A DNA stretch of 64,000 bases from Octopus sinensis. Taxonomy: Eukaryota. Under the pieces are notes generated by a model. It was not told where the DNA came from. It saw only the letters and a list, made by a program, of their open reading frames with translations, and made no database searches. Shown piece after piece: positions 14,565 through 28,370 of this stretch. The stretch covers positions 17,360,001 to 17,424,000 of the forward strand of contig NC_043012.1 in NCBI RefSeq assembly GCF_006345805.1, written 5' to 3'. The translations under genes were made by a program, and so were the position numbers. How positions within the stretch are numbered: the stretch's first letter is position 1; each line of letters opens with the position of its first letter.

Positions 14565-15105
14565 TGCAAAACTCGAACGGCATGTAAAGCGAAACACAAA
14601 CAGCATGTAAAGTGAAACATAAACGGCAAAGCGAAACATGAACGGCATATAAGGCGAAACATGAACGGCGTGTAAAGCGAAACGTGAACGATATGTAAAG
14701 CAACTCATGAACAGCATGTAAAGCGAAACGTGAACGGCTTGTAAAGCGAAACGTGAACGACATGCAAAGCGAAACACGAACAGCATGTAAAGTGAAACAT
14801 GAACGGCATGTAAGGCGAAACATGAACGGTATGTAAAGCGAAACATGAACGACATGCAAAGCGAAACACGAACAACATGTAAAGTGAAACACGAACGGCA
14901 AAGCGAAACATGAACGGCATGTAAGGCGAAACATGAACGGCGTGTAAAGCGAAACGTGAACGATATGTAAAGCAACTCATGAACAGCATGTAAAGCGAAA
15001 CGTGAACGGTGTGTAAAGCGAAACGTGAACGGTGTGTAAAGCGAAACGTGAACGGCTTGTAAGGCGAAACATGAACGGCAGGTAAAGAAAAACCTGAACG
15101 GCAGT
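14565..15105. repeat. 23-bp minisatellite (gtaaagcgaaacatgaacggcat) with a 272-bp higher-order duplication
   Basis: Tandem units; variant caactc at 14701 and 14973. Confidence 0.9.
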
Positions 15106-15699
15106 AAGGCCAGTCCTTTACAAAAATGTCCTAAACGTCGTGCGAAACTGCACACACACATTTATAATTTCTTTGGACACTTTATTGAGAAAAAATGTTC
15201 TTTCACAAAACTTTTTTCTACGCATACTTGTCGACTTCCTCTTACATTTATTCTTTCTCTTTTCGTCTCTTATTTCTACCAATCTCTCTTATCTTTTTTC
15301 CATTTACCCCACCTTCTCTCTCTCATATCTCTCTGTTTCATTCTCCCACTCTTACTTTCTGAAATTCATTTATTTAAAGATTCTCTTTGATAACCACTTT
15401 TTTGCTCAAGCCACATAATTTATTAATGTCCAATCTTCCTCCTCTCTTCCTCTTTCTCTTCCTTGTTTTCTTCAATTCTTCAGTCTAACCAACATAAACC
15501 TATCTTTCTCTTTACTCTTATCTCCTTTAATATATTTTTTTCTTTACAGATATTTTTATTTTGTGGTAAACCGTTGTATGGTCAAGCAATATTCTCATCC
15601 GGTCAGACCTCGACGACTTATACAAGCATTTCAGTATCGTCTCTTCGAATCACGTATTCTGTTTCATTCTTCATTTTTATCCAAGGAATTTATTTTGTT

Positions 15700-16570
15700 A
15701 AGATTATTTCTACAGACATGCTTTAGAACTTATAGCCAGCACTGACTAACTTCGCTACAAAAATGGGTAATGAATGTGTATTCCATATTTCGGGTATTTT
15801 TGCCCTTTCATCAGCTACCATCCAACCCATTCTCGCCTCTGAACACATTGCTTATATAGCCACCACATACAGCCGTGTTAAGTTATAGGATATACCAATT
15901 TATATATTAAACACATTCCTGCAGCTGGTACATAAACATTAATGATTTGTAAGTAGTGTTATTTCGCTATACAACCTCCGTATACTATAAAGTATATTAA
16001 ATGTGTTTACAAGTCAATACCACGTCATGCTGTGTTAGCAGTGCGATTTTACATTATTTTTTTAAATGTTGTTTTTACCAATATTCTGTAGGCAGCACTG
16101 AGTTTTGCTGCAACGTTTCGTATCGAGAAATAAGATGTAAACAGACAATGACATCGAAGACGAACATAGTAATGAGTGTATATGCCTTACAGTGATACAG
16201 ATAAGAATATTCACTGTTAAGAAACATAAATAAGGATTGTAGCACACGACTTCCTCACTTACAATGAACAATTCGTGAGAGGGTGCCTGCTTTGAATATA
16301 TATATATATATGAGTAACAAAAGATGCATAGGTATCAATGTATTACGGCCGTTTCAAGCGAGTCCTTTAAATGATTAATGAAAAACGTTTCATCATTTGA
16401 AAGAAACTGTCCTCGTAAGATGACCGCAAAGACTTCCAGCATAAAGGATACAACCGCCTCTTTAACATATTCGCATCAATATATGGAACAAAAAATATAT
16501 ACATTGTTTCATTTGTCATATCTGTGGTAGAATGAGCTTGAAAAATAAGGCATTTCTTGTTAAGCATACT
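15700..16570 (-). pseudogene. Possible hAT transposase relic
   Basis: FQAHSTTDMTNETMYIFFVPYID resembles FxLQxDETTDxxNxxxLxxFVRY; very degenerate. Confidence 0.4.
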
Positions 16571-16661
16571 ATAATTTAGAGACTAGCAGAGGACCTAATA
16601 AGGTGCCTCAATTTAAATACCTAATTCAGCGGAATCTTAATTATACTTTAATTCCGTAGCA

Positions 16662-16720
<59 letters not shown>

Positions 16721-16721
16721 T

Positions 16722-16935
16722 AATAAAATGGTAAGACCCCGATATTATGTAAATAGAGGAATTTATCTGAAAATGTAATATGTGAAAATCATTGGGTAGC
16801 CATGATAAAACTCTGAGTTTCGGATACCGAGGTGGAAATCAACGCCGCCACCTCTTCAGTTATCCGGCGATCATTTTTATAGTATTTTTCCGGAGTCCTA
16901 TCACGGCTACCGAATAATTGTCACATATTACATTT
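16722..16935 (-). mobile_element. Short TA-flanked element (probably a PLE terminus) with a structured CTGAAGA...GAAAC region
   Basis: Minus strand ctgaagaggtggcggcgttgatttccacctcggtatccgaaac; flanked by (TA)n. Confidence 0.4.
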
Positions 16936-16937
16936 AC

Positions 16938-16968
<31 letters not shown>

Positions 16969-17477
16969 AACACACGAACAACCTCTCTGTGTGTGTGCGT
17001 GAGTGTGCTTATGTGCGCGCGTGTGTCTGCATGTAGTCACCGAACCCAGTTCGGTGCAAAGAAGTGAGACAGGTGAAATCTTCCCTATGAAATTTTTCCT
17101 GGTTCCAGTTTCTATGGAATTCTTAAAAGAATGTTTCCATGTTATGTTGCTTTTTAACAATACAGTTCTGTTTGTGAAATGAATTTTTCATCCTTGTCGA
17201 GTTACTAAAATCTCTCAATCCTGGTCGCAAATCCAAGCCATACAAGACCAATTGCTACTTAAATTATTATCGAAAGCCAGGCTGTGATAGAACATCTACA
17301 GATCATTTCTTCTGATAATACTTTTGCTGACTTTCCAGGTCCTCTCATTATTTCAAAATGTTACTCTGTCTTTCCAAAATGACCTGCAAGTTTTCCTAAA
17401 CTATTCCCTATATATATATATACAATATATGTATATATATATATATATTTATATAATATATATAGATATATTATATA

Positions 17478-17511
<34 letters not shown>

Positions 17512-17592
17512 CATACATGCATACATATTTACTTATATATATATAATATAAATATAAATATAATATATTATATATTATATATATATATTATA

Positions 17593-17623
<31 letters not shown>

Positions 17624-17700
17624 CTATATATATATATATACTTGACAACACATATATGTATATTCATACACACCACCTACTTACATATAGGACATACATA

Positions 17701-17913
17701 TATAATTAAAAAAAACGGACAGAAAAGGACAACGAGGAAAAAGCAACAAGGACGTGGTATATTCAAAGTATTAATAAGACGCTGAGAGAAGGAAAGAAAC
17801 GGTGTTCTTCGTTTCGAGCAAAGCTCCTCTTCAGAAATAGGAGACAGAGGAAAGTCCAAGAGAAAAAGGAAGACGGTGGGAAAAAACCCATCAACAGTCC
17901 ACATGCTGTTACA
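17701..17913 (-). mobile_element. Short non-coding PLE-derived element carrying a hammerhead motif
   Basis: Homologous to 41104-41266 and 43005-43219; lies in a TA/CATA context. Confidence 0.6.
17803..17840 (-). ncRNA. Minimal hammerhead ribozyme-like motif
   Basis: CTGAAGA-G-GAGC-TTT-GCTC-GAAACG: canonical core and stem II; cleavage triplet and stem I not intact. Confidence 0.55.
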
Positions 17914-18101
17914 TACATATATACATACATACATGTGTATCAGTTTGTATGTATGTAAACACGTGCGCGCGCGCGTGAGCATATATTTGTGATTACATAC
18001 ATATATGTGTGTAGATGTTGACGATGTTTACAACGTAATATACAGTGGTAAGCAGGTATATACATACGTTTATATATGTATTCATATAGATACATACACA
18101 C

Positions 18102-18135
<34 letters not shown>

Positions 18136-18138
<3 letters not shown>

Positions 18139-18480
18139 TTTAAGATCAAATCTAACTTTACTTGTGCCTCTGAAAACATAATTTATGTTATTAAATGCTC
18201 GGGCTGCCACCAAGACTACGTGGGTTCCACGGGACTATCACTCAGGCGCAGATGCACACTGCATCGACAACAGATTGCATTCCCAGAATATAGAATGATA
18301 CCTTTTAGTGAGCACATTGAGAAATGCGCAAAGCAACTACTGCCACAATTTTTAATCTTCCCATTTTACCAATGTGCTTTCGGATCATCAACACAAATGA
18401 GACTGAACAAGGAAACATTCTTCATTGAAAAGTACAAACCCAGACTCAACCATCCGAACATACTGACACAGAGAAATTAA
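18136..18480 (+). pseudogene. Penelope-like GIY-YIG endonuclease domain, 5'-truncated, open frame
   Basis: NFKIKSNFTCASENIIYVIKCSGCHQDYVGSTGLSLRRRCTLHRQQI...SEHIEKC...RLNKETFFIEKYKPRLN; starts directly after (TA)n. Confidence 0.9.
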
Positions 18481-18633
18481 CAAGGAAAAAGGGAAAAAAA
18501 AAAAAAAAAAAAAAAAATTTTTAAGCGATTATCTCCCCTACACCGGAAAAAATCACTCACTACCTCCCCTTATTTAGAAATCTCCTGGAAATCAAAACAA
18601 CGATAATTCCATGCAATATAAACATAACGTCAC

Positions 18634-18672
18634 AAGAAATTTGAAAGCTACACGCGAAACCGGTAATTTCTT
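18634..18672 (+). ncRNA. Minimal type I hammerhead-like motif in the PLE 3' region
   Basis: Stem I aagaaat/atttctt, altered core TTGAAA, short stem II GC-tacac-GC, then GAAACCGGTA (palindromic stem III and GUA). Confidence 0.5.
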
Positions 18673-19049
18673 AAAAAATTTTTAAAATTATGTCATTTTA
18701 GGAAAGGAAAAAAAATTTTTCCAATATTCTCCAGACATTTTGACACAAAATATTATATTTTTTAACATTTAAGCTTTTCTGTCGTTTTTTCACACTTTAC
18801 TATTTTTATATATATATATATCTATATATTATATATAATACTATATATATATATATTATATATATAATTATATATATCTATTTACATATATAATATATAT
18901 ATATAAAACAAAAGCTGTCTGATGAACGGCAACGAGAAACTCAGAGTAACAGATTTTGTTGAATTTTCTGCTGCTTTAAATAAAGTATATATATGCATAT
19001 ATGTATATATATATATACTTACATTGTTTCTCATGAGTGCAAATACATC

Positions 19050-19082
<33 letters not shown>

Positions 19083-19519
19083 TATGTATGTGTGTGTATA
19101 TATTTGTATGTACGCATGTATATATGCATGAATCTAGTAATCAATTAGAAGTGTAGTCTCTACACGCTGGAAAACAATAGGAAAAAATGTACAAACAAGA
19201 AACACTTAACGTATTGTCACATCAATTCAAGACTCCCACCATCACGGGTCTGTGAATGGTGAAAATAAATGGGTGAAAGAGAGGAGAATGGTGAGGAAGG
19301 GTAGAAGAGGAAGAAAGGCAGACAGAAAAGAAAAGAAATAGCAACAAAACTAAAAGGAAAAGGAGAGAGAGAGAGAAGGAGAGAGGGAGGGAGGGAGGGA
19401 GAGAGAGAGAGAATACCATAAGGATTTAAATAAAGCCGACATCATTATATCGATGGAAGCTTTTAAAATGTTACAGCAGCATATCGACGCAAAACTGCAA
19501 CAGTTATACCGTCATCAAC

Positions 19520-20050
19520 AAAATCACCATCGCCATTTTCCAAAACCACCACCACCACCAACACCACCAACGCCACCGGCACCACCGGCACCACCGGCAC
19601 ACCGGCACCACCACGAACGCCACCGGCACCACCACGAACGCCACCGGCAAAACTACCGTCGCCGCCACCACCACCACCACCAACATCAACACCAACACCA
19701 CCAGCACGAACACCAACGCCAACACCACCACCACCACCAACACCGTCGCTGCCACCACAGCCACTGCCATCCTCCTCCTCCTCTCCTCCTCCTCCTCCTC
19801 CTCCTCCTCATCCTCATCCTCATCATCATCATTGTCGTCGTTATACTCGTCGTTATTGTCATCACGTCGCCGTCTTCGTAGTCGTCATCGTCGTCATCAT
19901 CATCATCATAATCATCATCATCGTCGTCAACACCATTATCATCATCATCATCATCATGATCATCATCATCGTCGTCATCATCATGATCATCATCATCGTC
20001 GTCGTCGTCGTCATTGTCATCGTCTTACTCATCGCCGCCATAACCACTAT

Positions 20051-20085
<35 letters not shown>

Positions 20086-20187
20086 GCAGTATTAGCAGCA
20101 GCACTACCACCACCACCACCACTACCACCACCACCACCACCACTGCCGCCACCACCGCCGCCGCCGCCAATAATAATAACAGCAACT
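19520..20187. repeat. Compound trinucleotide repeat (CAC/CTC/CAT/CAA)
   Basis: Direct reading. Confidence 0.9.
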
Positions 20188-21199
20188 AAAAAAGAACGAT
20201 GACCATAACAACACATTTATCGACAAACTTTATTGTTATCAAATACAATAAATAAATAAATAGATAAATAAATAAAAAGAAAATGGCTACAAAAGCACCA
20301 ACGGCGCATTAATGGGCAGTATATTTCAAAGTAATAACTTGTCACCAATATAATTTTCCATCGCCGAAAACTCAATTAAGCTTCAAGCTAAAAGCAAGAG
20401 CGTCCTACTGGGAGAAACCAGAACACTAGGATGGAAGGAACGGGGTATTTATTAAAAAATAAAACGCAGGGATGTGCAAGAATATATGAGAACAGCAAGG
20501 GTAAAAGTACAAACACACACACACACACACACACAGAGAAAGACCCACAGCACGCATGCGCAAAAGGTACCAAAGAAACAAACAAAAAGCATGATGATAA
20601 ATTCCTCCCACATTCGCACATGAACAATGAATGAAGATAGACGCATTTATTTTGTTCGTAGTTTTTGCTTGTTTGTGTCCCCCTTTGCTAAATACATCGA
20701 TCTATAATTTGTGCTCCTCCCCCATAGTTGCGTAAGAATATATCTTCAATATCGTTCTGTCCATTAAGATTTATTAGGTAGGGTTATTAACAGGGCCATT
20801 ACAGCGTCGATTAGAATTCCTTGTCGTATGTGTTACAGTTCTCTGCCGTCTGAATTTCAAATCCCACCGTGGCCATCATGTTTTGTTTTGCCCTTAAATA
20901 GGTCGATAAATAAAATACTAGTCATGTACGGGGATAGTTTCTTTTCTCTTCCTCTATTTTTGCTCTCTATTTGTCTACTGTCATCAAACTGTGTCTCTTT
21001 GTCGGTCTTTCATTGAGTCGGTTGTGTAGTTCAAAAGGGCATGAGAGCTTCTCTTTGCCAAGAAATTGCCTAGAGAAGGCCAAGTAAGTACTTTGCTTAT
21101 AGAAACACTGATATCTAATGGAAATCGTATAATGGCTAGTGTAGGGTTCTGTGTGAAACACGGAACGGAAATTAAGATCAAGTCATTACCCTCAACATC

Positions 21200-21243
<44 letters not shown>

Positions 21244-22270
21244 ATATTATTATTATTATTATTATTTTATTTTATTTTTCGCATTGTTGCTCTTGTTGTT
21301 ATTGAAGCTTTTTATTTCGAGCATTGGCAGGGGTGGTGAAGAGAAATGAACATTTCAAGCTTTTTGTTTTTTTTTCTTTTTTCACAGGAAAAAAAGAGAA
21401 AGAAAAAAAATATATATTAGGTAGATACTTGGAGATGATATATTTCGAAGGATTACTGGCAAACCCATCTAAATGTATGGCAATTTAGAATATGTAACAG
21501 AATAACAGAATCTTAAATGGATTTTGGCAGCAGAATTATTGAAAAATAAAATAATAAACAAAAAAAAAAAAAACCACCCGAAAAACACACAACGATGAGG
21601 CTTTTATTTTGTGTGTGCTATTTTTTTACTGTTCATTATCATTTCTCAAAATTCTTTACCAATGAAAGAAAATGTGATGTGATGGCAAATAAAATATTCA
21701 CGGCAATAGGAAAAGAGGAAAGGAGAAGAGAAGAAAAAAGTTGAAGATAGAAGAAAAAGAAGGAAAAGAAGAGGTGAAGGAGGGAAAAGAAAAAAATAAG
21801 TAGTAAAAAAAATTTTGGAAAAATAAATTACTATTTAAAATGATGTTTCTGGCGGACTTGGGGAGAGAGATGACTAAAATTGCCAGTGAGAAGAACCTGA
21901 TTGTAAGAAATCCTTTTGCAGTTTCTATCTATTTTTGAATGTCATGTGACTGGTTCTTGATGAACTATCTATAGGAAACCGTTTCGATTATCAGTTGGAG
22001 TCAAACTACTTCAATTGCATTCATGTTTGTGTTTATCCATTTACAGTGTGCGTAAATCATACACATACATACAAAAACAAAAAAAAAACAAATAAAGGTA
22101 TTACGGTTGGGGATTGGCCTCATCATAATAATTTGTTCGATAAATTATGTACAGGACCAGAATAAAAAGTGCGGTTGGTATGATGGATGGAAACTGTTCT
22201 CAGCAGCGGGGGCCCGGTATTAACTTAGTAAAATATTAGAAAATACGAGAAAGAATATATGCTTAGTATA

Positions 22271-22829
22271 TTGGGTTTCTGGAAAGTTCGTGATGATTTA
22301 TAATAGCTTACCTTTCGACTTATTTTAGAACATTATTTGAGTCCATTAAATAGGACTTGACTACACCTCCATTTAGAGCACAGTTTAAGCTATCTTTGCG
22401 TGGAAGAAGGTTTATGTTTCTATAACCTGTGTTAATTCTGTAACCCTTTAAAATGGAAGATAAGAAAGTTCATTTTCGGCACTTGATGCTTTGGGAACCA
22501 GAAAAAAATTGCTGCAGCTCGGCTGGGATGTGTTACCCCACCCTCCATATTCATCAGAATTGCTCCTTCGGATTTCCACTTATTCAGGTCTCTGCAGAAT
22601 AGTCTTAATTGTAAAAATTTCAATTCCTTGGATGATATAAAAAGATACTTTGATAAATTCTTCGCCATGAAACCACCTCAAATCTAGGAAGAGAGTATTT
22701 TCAAGTTAAAGGAAAGTTGGAGACGCATTATGCAGCAAAATATTTGCTTGATTAAAAATGTAATGGCAAGTTATTTATTGAACTTTTTCTTTCCTTTAAA
22801 AATCGGCGCGAACTTTCCGGACAACCCAA
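22271..22829 (+). mobile_element. Internally deleted mariner element, copy 1
   Basis: TIRs ttgggtttctggaaagttcgtg / cgcgaactttccggacaacccaa with TA on both sides; internal MEDKKVHFRHLMLWE joined to PPYSSELAPSDFHLFRSL. Confidence 0.9.
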
Positions 22830-22929
22830 TATTTAGAGATACACTATGGTCATTTTTACTTCTATTATCGTTAGGTATACAACCGTTTTTGGCCTTTGAA
22901 AAATCACAATTTTTTTGTGATTGTCTTCA

Positions 22930-23356
22930 CGTATGGTTATTAATGTTGGGTTACTATCGAAGGAGTACAATCACGAATACAAGAGGCCGAAACGGATTTC
23001 TTTCAGGGGATCTTTGGAGTAACGTTACTCGACAGGGTACCTTGCTTGGAGATCATGGAGTCTCTGCATAGGGTGCCGCTACTTCTCCATATTGAGAGAT
23101 CACAGCTCTGGTGCCGTGGATTTATGATTAGGATGTCACAGGAAAGAGTTACAAGACGGAGTCTCCAAGACGAGTAACTGTGGTAGACGAAGAACAGGAG
23201 AGTTCGATAATATCTATAGTCTGAGTTGGTCACGCTTGGAAGTCCAACCGGAAGCTGTAATGAGGGTTGTTTCTGATTCGATTCTGTAGAGAGAGAATGC
23301 CTGGGGACTGTAACGACCCTGCCAGGAATAATGGACGGAGAATATGGATAGATGGA
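22930..23356 (+). mobile_element. RTE-clade (Expander/Rex3-like) LINE 3' fragment
   Basis: SRIQEAETDFFQGIFGVTLLDRV..EIMESL..PLLLHIERSQL..IRMSQER; ends in atggatagatgga. Confidence 0.75.
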
Positions 23357-23789
23357 AATCAAAGAGGAACATTGCTTATAATCTGAGAAGTAAATTCTAT
23401 AGAGGGAAAGCTGCACTGCCAGAGAAATTAGCCTATGAAAAACTCCCAGTAAACTTTGCCGTGTGTCGAAAATATTTTCGTTACTGAAAGGAGCGTCACA
23501 CGAACTCGTTCAGCTCTCATACAAATAAGCGACTTTATGGATCCACAAAGAACCATTACATACTCTTTAAAAAGACATGACTCATTAGAATAAATGTTAT
23601 CCAATCCATCCATGTTATTTGAAGGATGTGATTTGAGAAAAAAATTATGACTAATTGTAACAGATACATAAAGGAACAACTACATAAAGAAGAGCCTTTT
23701 AGTTTTATAACGTCATAGGAGAGTCTATATAAAGCGGTCATTTATTTCCCTTTACGTTACCATTTCAAACTCTCTCTATATTGGCTTCA

Positions 23790-23985
23790 GGTTTTGAAAC
23801 AGGGCCAGCAATTTTGGGGGAAGGGGACAAGACGATTACATCGACCCCTGTGTTCAGTTGGTACTTATTTTATCGACCCCAAAAGCATGATCTCGGTGGA
23901 AATTGAACACAAATCTTAAAGACTGACAAAATGCCACTAATGATTTTACTCGGCGTTCTTAACGACTCTGCCAGCTCGCCATCTT
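23790..23985 (-). mobile_element. SINE family A copy, degenerate
   Basis: atcgacccc..ggtacttattttatcgacccc..ctgccagctcgcc. Confidence 0.75.
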
Positions 23986-24532
23986 AAACTCCTTCTTTAT
24001 TGATTGATATTTCATTCATCCAGATTTTGAAATATGCCAGTTGCCTAATAGAACCAAGTGTATTCACAATAACAGTTTTCTCGATATTTCTGTGTACCAC
24101 TATTAGAAATAAACTATTATAAGTTATATGAAACGATATTGGGAGCTTTACGTTACAGAAAATAATGGAATAAGATTCGAGAAGTTAGTTTTGAAAAATG
24201 ACTATGAAGCCGTCTGTTATCTACACATAGCGTGTGTTTTGGAAATCGCAAATCGTTATCAAGGATTAAGCATCAACTTTCTCTTCATTGACAATTTCAA
24301 TGGCATAATTCTTCTAATTCGTTCATGCTGCAAATTCATTGATAGAATTGCAACACAAGGCGAGCGCCAGACATCTTCGGAAGTAAAGATAAATATTCAT
24401 TTTTACTGGAGGAAAGGACAAGATAAATATCCTCTCTTATTAAACAAAAAACACGAAGCCTTTCTCTCTTATTGCTATCTCGTATACCTTGTTTATGTGA
24501 ATCAGTATTCTCCAGCTCTGTCTTTCGCCCTT

Positions 24533-24589
<57 letters not shown>

Positions 24590-24652
24590 CCCACAAACTG
24601 GCGCGCATATGTGGCGGTGTGGGAATGAGAGAAAAATCTAATGTACAGATGT

Positions 24653-24694
<42 letters not shown>

Positions 24695-25065
24695 GTATAC
24701 AAAACACAGTTATCCTATGTACACACATGTGAGCATATACACTAACACATTGACACACACACGCACATATATTCACACACACTCACATACACAATCACGC
24801 ATATAAGTATTTATGTATTTGTATACAAAAATATATTTGCATGTGCGTATACCTACGTTTGTATATATATCAGTCTTTGTGGATGCCTATATCTCTGTTT
24901 ATTTTATTGACATTTATATGAAAGCACGCATCGTAGTGTTTTACTCATCTTTTATTAAACTTATAATACTTTTGATATATATTTAAAATAATATAAATAA
25001 TTAATTTTATGTATTGGCTTAAGTTTTTCATTGTTTGATTTGCCTAATAGTGATTTTATCTCTAA

Positions 25066-25111
<46 letters not shown>

Positions 25112-25132
25112 AAAATACACACATATATATTC

Positions 25133-25338
25133 TTTTATTCTTTCTTTTATTTGTTTCAGTCATTTGACTACGACCATGCTGGAGCACTGCCTTTAGTCGA
25201 ACATATCGATCCCAGAACTTATTCTTTGGAAGTTTAGTACTTATTCTACCGGTGTGTTTTGCCGAACCGCTATGTTAAGGGCACGTAAACACCCCAAAAT
25301 CGGTTGTCAATGATGGTGGGGGACACAGGCATACAAAC

Positions 25339-25375
<37 letters not shown>

Positions 25376-25531
25376 ACGGGCTTTTTCAGTTTCCGTCTAC
25401 CAAATCCACTCACAAGGCTTTAGTCAGCCCGAGGCTATAGTAGAAGACACCTTCCCAAGGTGCCACGCAGTGAGACTGAACCCGGATCCATGTTGTTGGT
25501 AAGAAAGCTACTTACGACACAGCCACTCCTG
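25133..25531 (-). mobile_element. SINE family B, full length, with internal (TA)n
   Basis: Reverse complement of the 46318 copy. Confidence 0.85.
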
Positions 25532-25829
25532 TATATTAAAGAACACAAAAAATAAAACAAAAACGACAAAAGCAAAAGGCTAAATGTGAGCTCAGCAGGT
25601 TAGGCACAGGAATTTCCGTCAAAGAGACACGGTTTAACAAAGGTGAAAAGTTCAAGTGATTTTCATAGTTGTTTGGTTGAAGTCTTTGTATATCGAAAGA
25701 GAGGGAGAAAGAGGAGTGGGAGTTGTGTGGTGAAATAAAATTTCTTGTCTTTTCTTTAAAAGAGAAAATCTGTTTGCAACGACTCCCATTCAGGTTTCTG
25801 GACAAGCACAAATACGCGCACACACACAC

Positions 25830-25867
<38 letters not shown>

Positions 25868-26880
25868 GCACGCACACACACACACAAACCCGCATACACA
25901 TACACGCCCCCTACCACCACCACGAGACTATAGTAGGAGACATTTGGTGTCACACAGTGGTGCTAAACCCAAAACAGGGTCAAAGGTCTATGCTTTCTAC
26001 TATAGAGGTTATGAAAAAAATATAACCAGCTTCCAAAAAATTCTACTTATTAATTTGTTTTTTATATATAACCTTTTTAGCGTAACACCATGCAGTAGAT
26101 AAAATTTTGGGGGGGATCTTGTTAAATTTCTTTCCAATTTTTGCCAGAATATATTTTTAAAAATTTAGTTTAAATGTAGTTTTCCTTAGTGATGGTGAAA
26201 ATTTTTGGTAAATTTATAGTTTAACACTCAACTCAATTTTGGTGGGAAATAATGCTTTTTTCCTCGTTGTTTTTTCTTGAGCTATCAACTAATCTAATCT
26301 CCTAATATACCGCAAGTAATTTTTTTTCATGGAAATCGGAGGGGTGGGGTAGGGTGAACCTGCGCAAATCCCCCGTTACCTCACCCAGTTGGGCCCGCGT
26401 CTCCTAAGGCCAGCCCTCTGTGTGCACATTAGGTCTATGTAGGTCTATGTGTATGTTAGATTATACTTGTATACTGAGGATCAAATGTGTACGTGACTCA
26501 AATGATACTTGTATGGTAAACTTGTATAACGTGTATAAAATGTGTAGCTGCGCAAATATATGCAAATGTATGCAAATGTATTAATCAGTTAATGATGAAT
26601 AATATATATCAACATTAAATCTATACTGATATGAAATATTAATCCTAATGAATATAAAAGGTCAGTATTTAAGACCAAATGCTTACTCAGTAGAACGTAT
26701 GCTTAGTGGCAACCCTTTAACTTACACCAATGAGGTTGACCTATCGCTGACCTGTGCTTCGATACACCACAAACCCGCCTCACCTATATCAATGTAGCGC
26801 TTGAATGAACTGTGAAATAGCTAAAACCTAACCGTAAGTTTCCGACGCTCAATAAAACCTACCTCACGTCAGTCGCCTGA

Positions 26881-27003
26881 ATGTCTGTGTCTGTCTGTCT
26901 GTCTGTCTGTCTGTGTGTTTGTCTATTTGTCTGTATGTCTGTCTGTCTGTCTATGTATCTATCTATCTACCTATCTATCTATCTGTCTGTATGTCTGCCT
27001 GAT

Positions 27004-27076
<73 letters not shown>

Positions 27077-27090
27077 GTCTGTCTGTCTCT
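26881..27090. repeat. (TCTG)n/(TCTA)n microsatellite
   Basis: Direct reading. Confidence 0.9.
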
Positions 27091-27429
27091 ATGATCTTTC
27101 TACACCTGTAGAAAGCTGACATTAAGGGCTTGAATGGACCAGCAGCAGGGTAAAGGGTAAAGAACCCCATCGGTCATGAATGACCATGGGATTGCATCAT
27201 GAAAGTTCCGTGTGATTGCGTATGTGTGTATGTATGTGAGTATGCTGTGTGCGTGCGTGCGCGCAGTGGTTCATGAACAGTCAAGGGCGAATTTTAGACT
27301 TGACTGTCAACATTTTATATAACAAACATAACTATCCATTCTACGCGATGTATCGTATATTGTGCGCTATATCACATAATATTTTCGTAGTGCAAAATGC
27401 ATATCCGATTTTTAACTCTATTAAAACTC

Positions 27430-27880
27430 AAAAACCAGGTGAAGGTCACCAGCATCGAAGCAACTAAGCTGAAGCCCCGTCCACGCTGGTCAGAGTACGT
27501 CACCAGGACGGAAGCCTATCCACTTTCCAAGACCACCCTATATGGCGAACTCTCCTCTGGCCACCGTGACAGAGGTGCACCAAAGAAGTACAAGGAATTC
27601 CTAGAGAAATCCCTCTATGCCTGTCACACTGATCGCCACCAGTGTTCTACTCTTGTCCCTAACCGTTAAGCCGGACATCTCACAGTTCACCCAGCAACAA
27701 CTTTCTTTGAACTCACCGGCATCACCCTGTTCGCATACAGAACAAAATGGAGGGGAAAAACCAGGACAGCACGCTAAGCCCTGATCAGCCTACCTTCACA
27801 TGCAGTCTCTGCAGTCGCGCCTGTTTGTCTTGAATTGGACTGTTTGGGCATCAAACACCTTGCGAAGCCAAGCCATGAAG
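27430..27880 (+). mobile_element. RTE (BovB-like) LINE ORF C-terminal fragment
   Basis: SIEATKLKPRPRWSEYVTR..LYGELSSGHRDRGAPKKYKE.., then zinc-finger-like FTCSLCSRACLS*IGLFGH. Confidence 0.85.
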
Positions 27881-27895
27881 AGAAGGCTTACATTA

Positions 27896-27956
<61 letters not shown>

Positions 27957-28049
27957 CCTATCTATCTATCTATCTATCTATCTATTTTTCTATCTATGAA
28001 CCGTAAAAATTAATTCAGAGTTGCTTATTTGCAAAAAAAAAAGAAATAT

Positions 28050-28370
28050 AACATGTGACTTCATTGACTGAGGTTACCGTGGTCTTTTCCGTAGGCTTTT
28101 CTTTCCACGGGTAAACCTCACCTGTCCTCCCCTTTACACTTCATATTGACATTTCTGTGATAACGATCCCTATTGATCAATTCTTTTTCCTTTCCCTCCC
28201 CCACTTTTTAAAAAAAATTTTATACCCCCCCCTTTTTTGTCCTCTTTCTTTCCTTTTACGATCCCTTTTGATCGAAAACCAAACCCCCTTTTTTTTACCC
28301 CCAAAAGAAAAGCTTTACCTTGTAATTTGTCCTGTCTGTGTGCAGCCCTGTGTGGATAATAAAAAAAACA

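Noticed and set aside
14565-15105. CRISPR array
   Set aside because: Contiguous tandem units with no unique spacers, in a eukaryotic context with no cas genes.
19453-20216. His/Pro/Gln-rich ORFs
   Set aside because: A compound trinucleotide repeat, open in several frames, with no domain or splice support.
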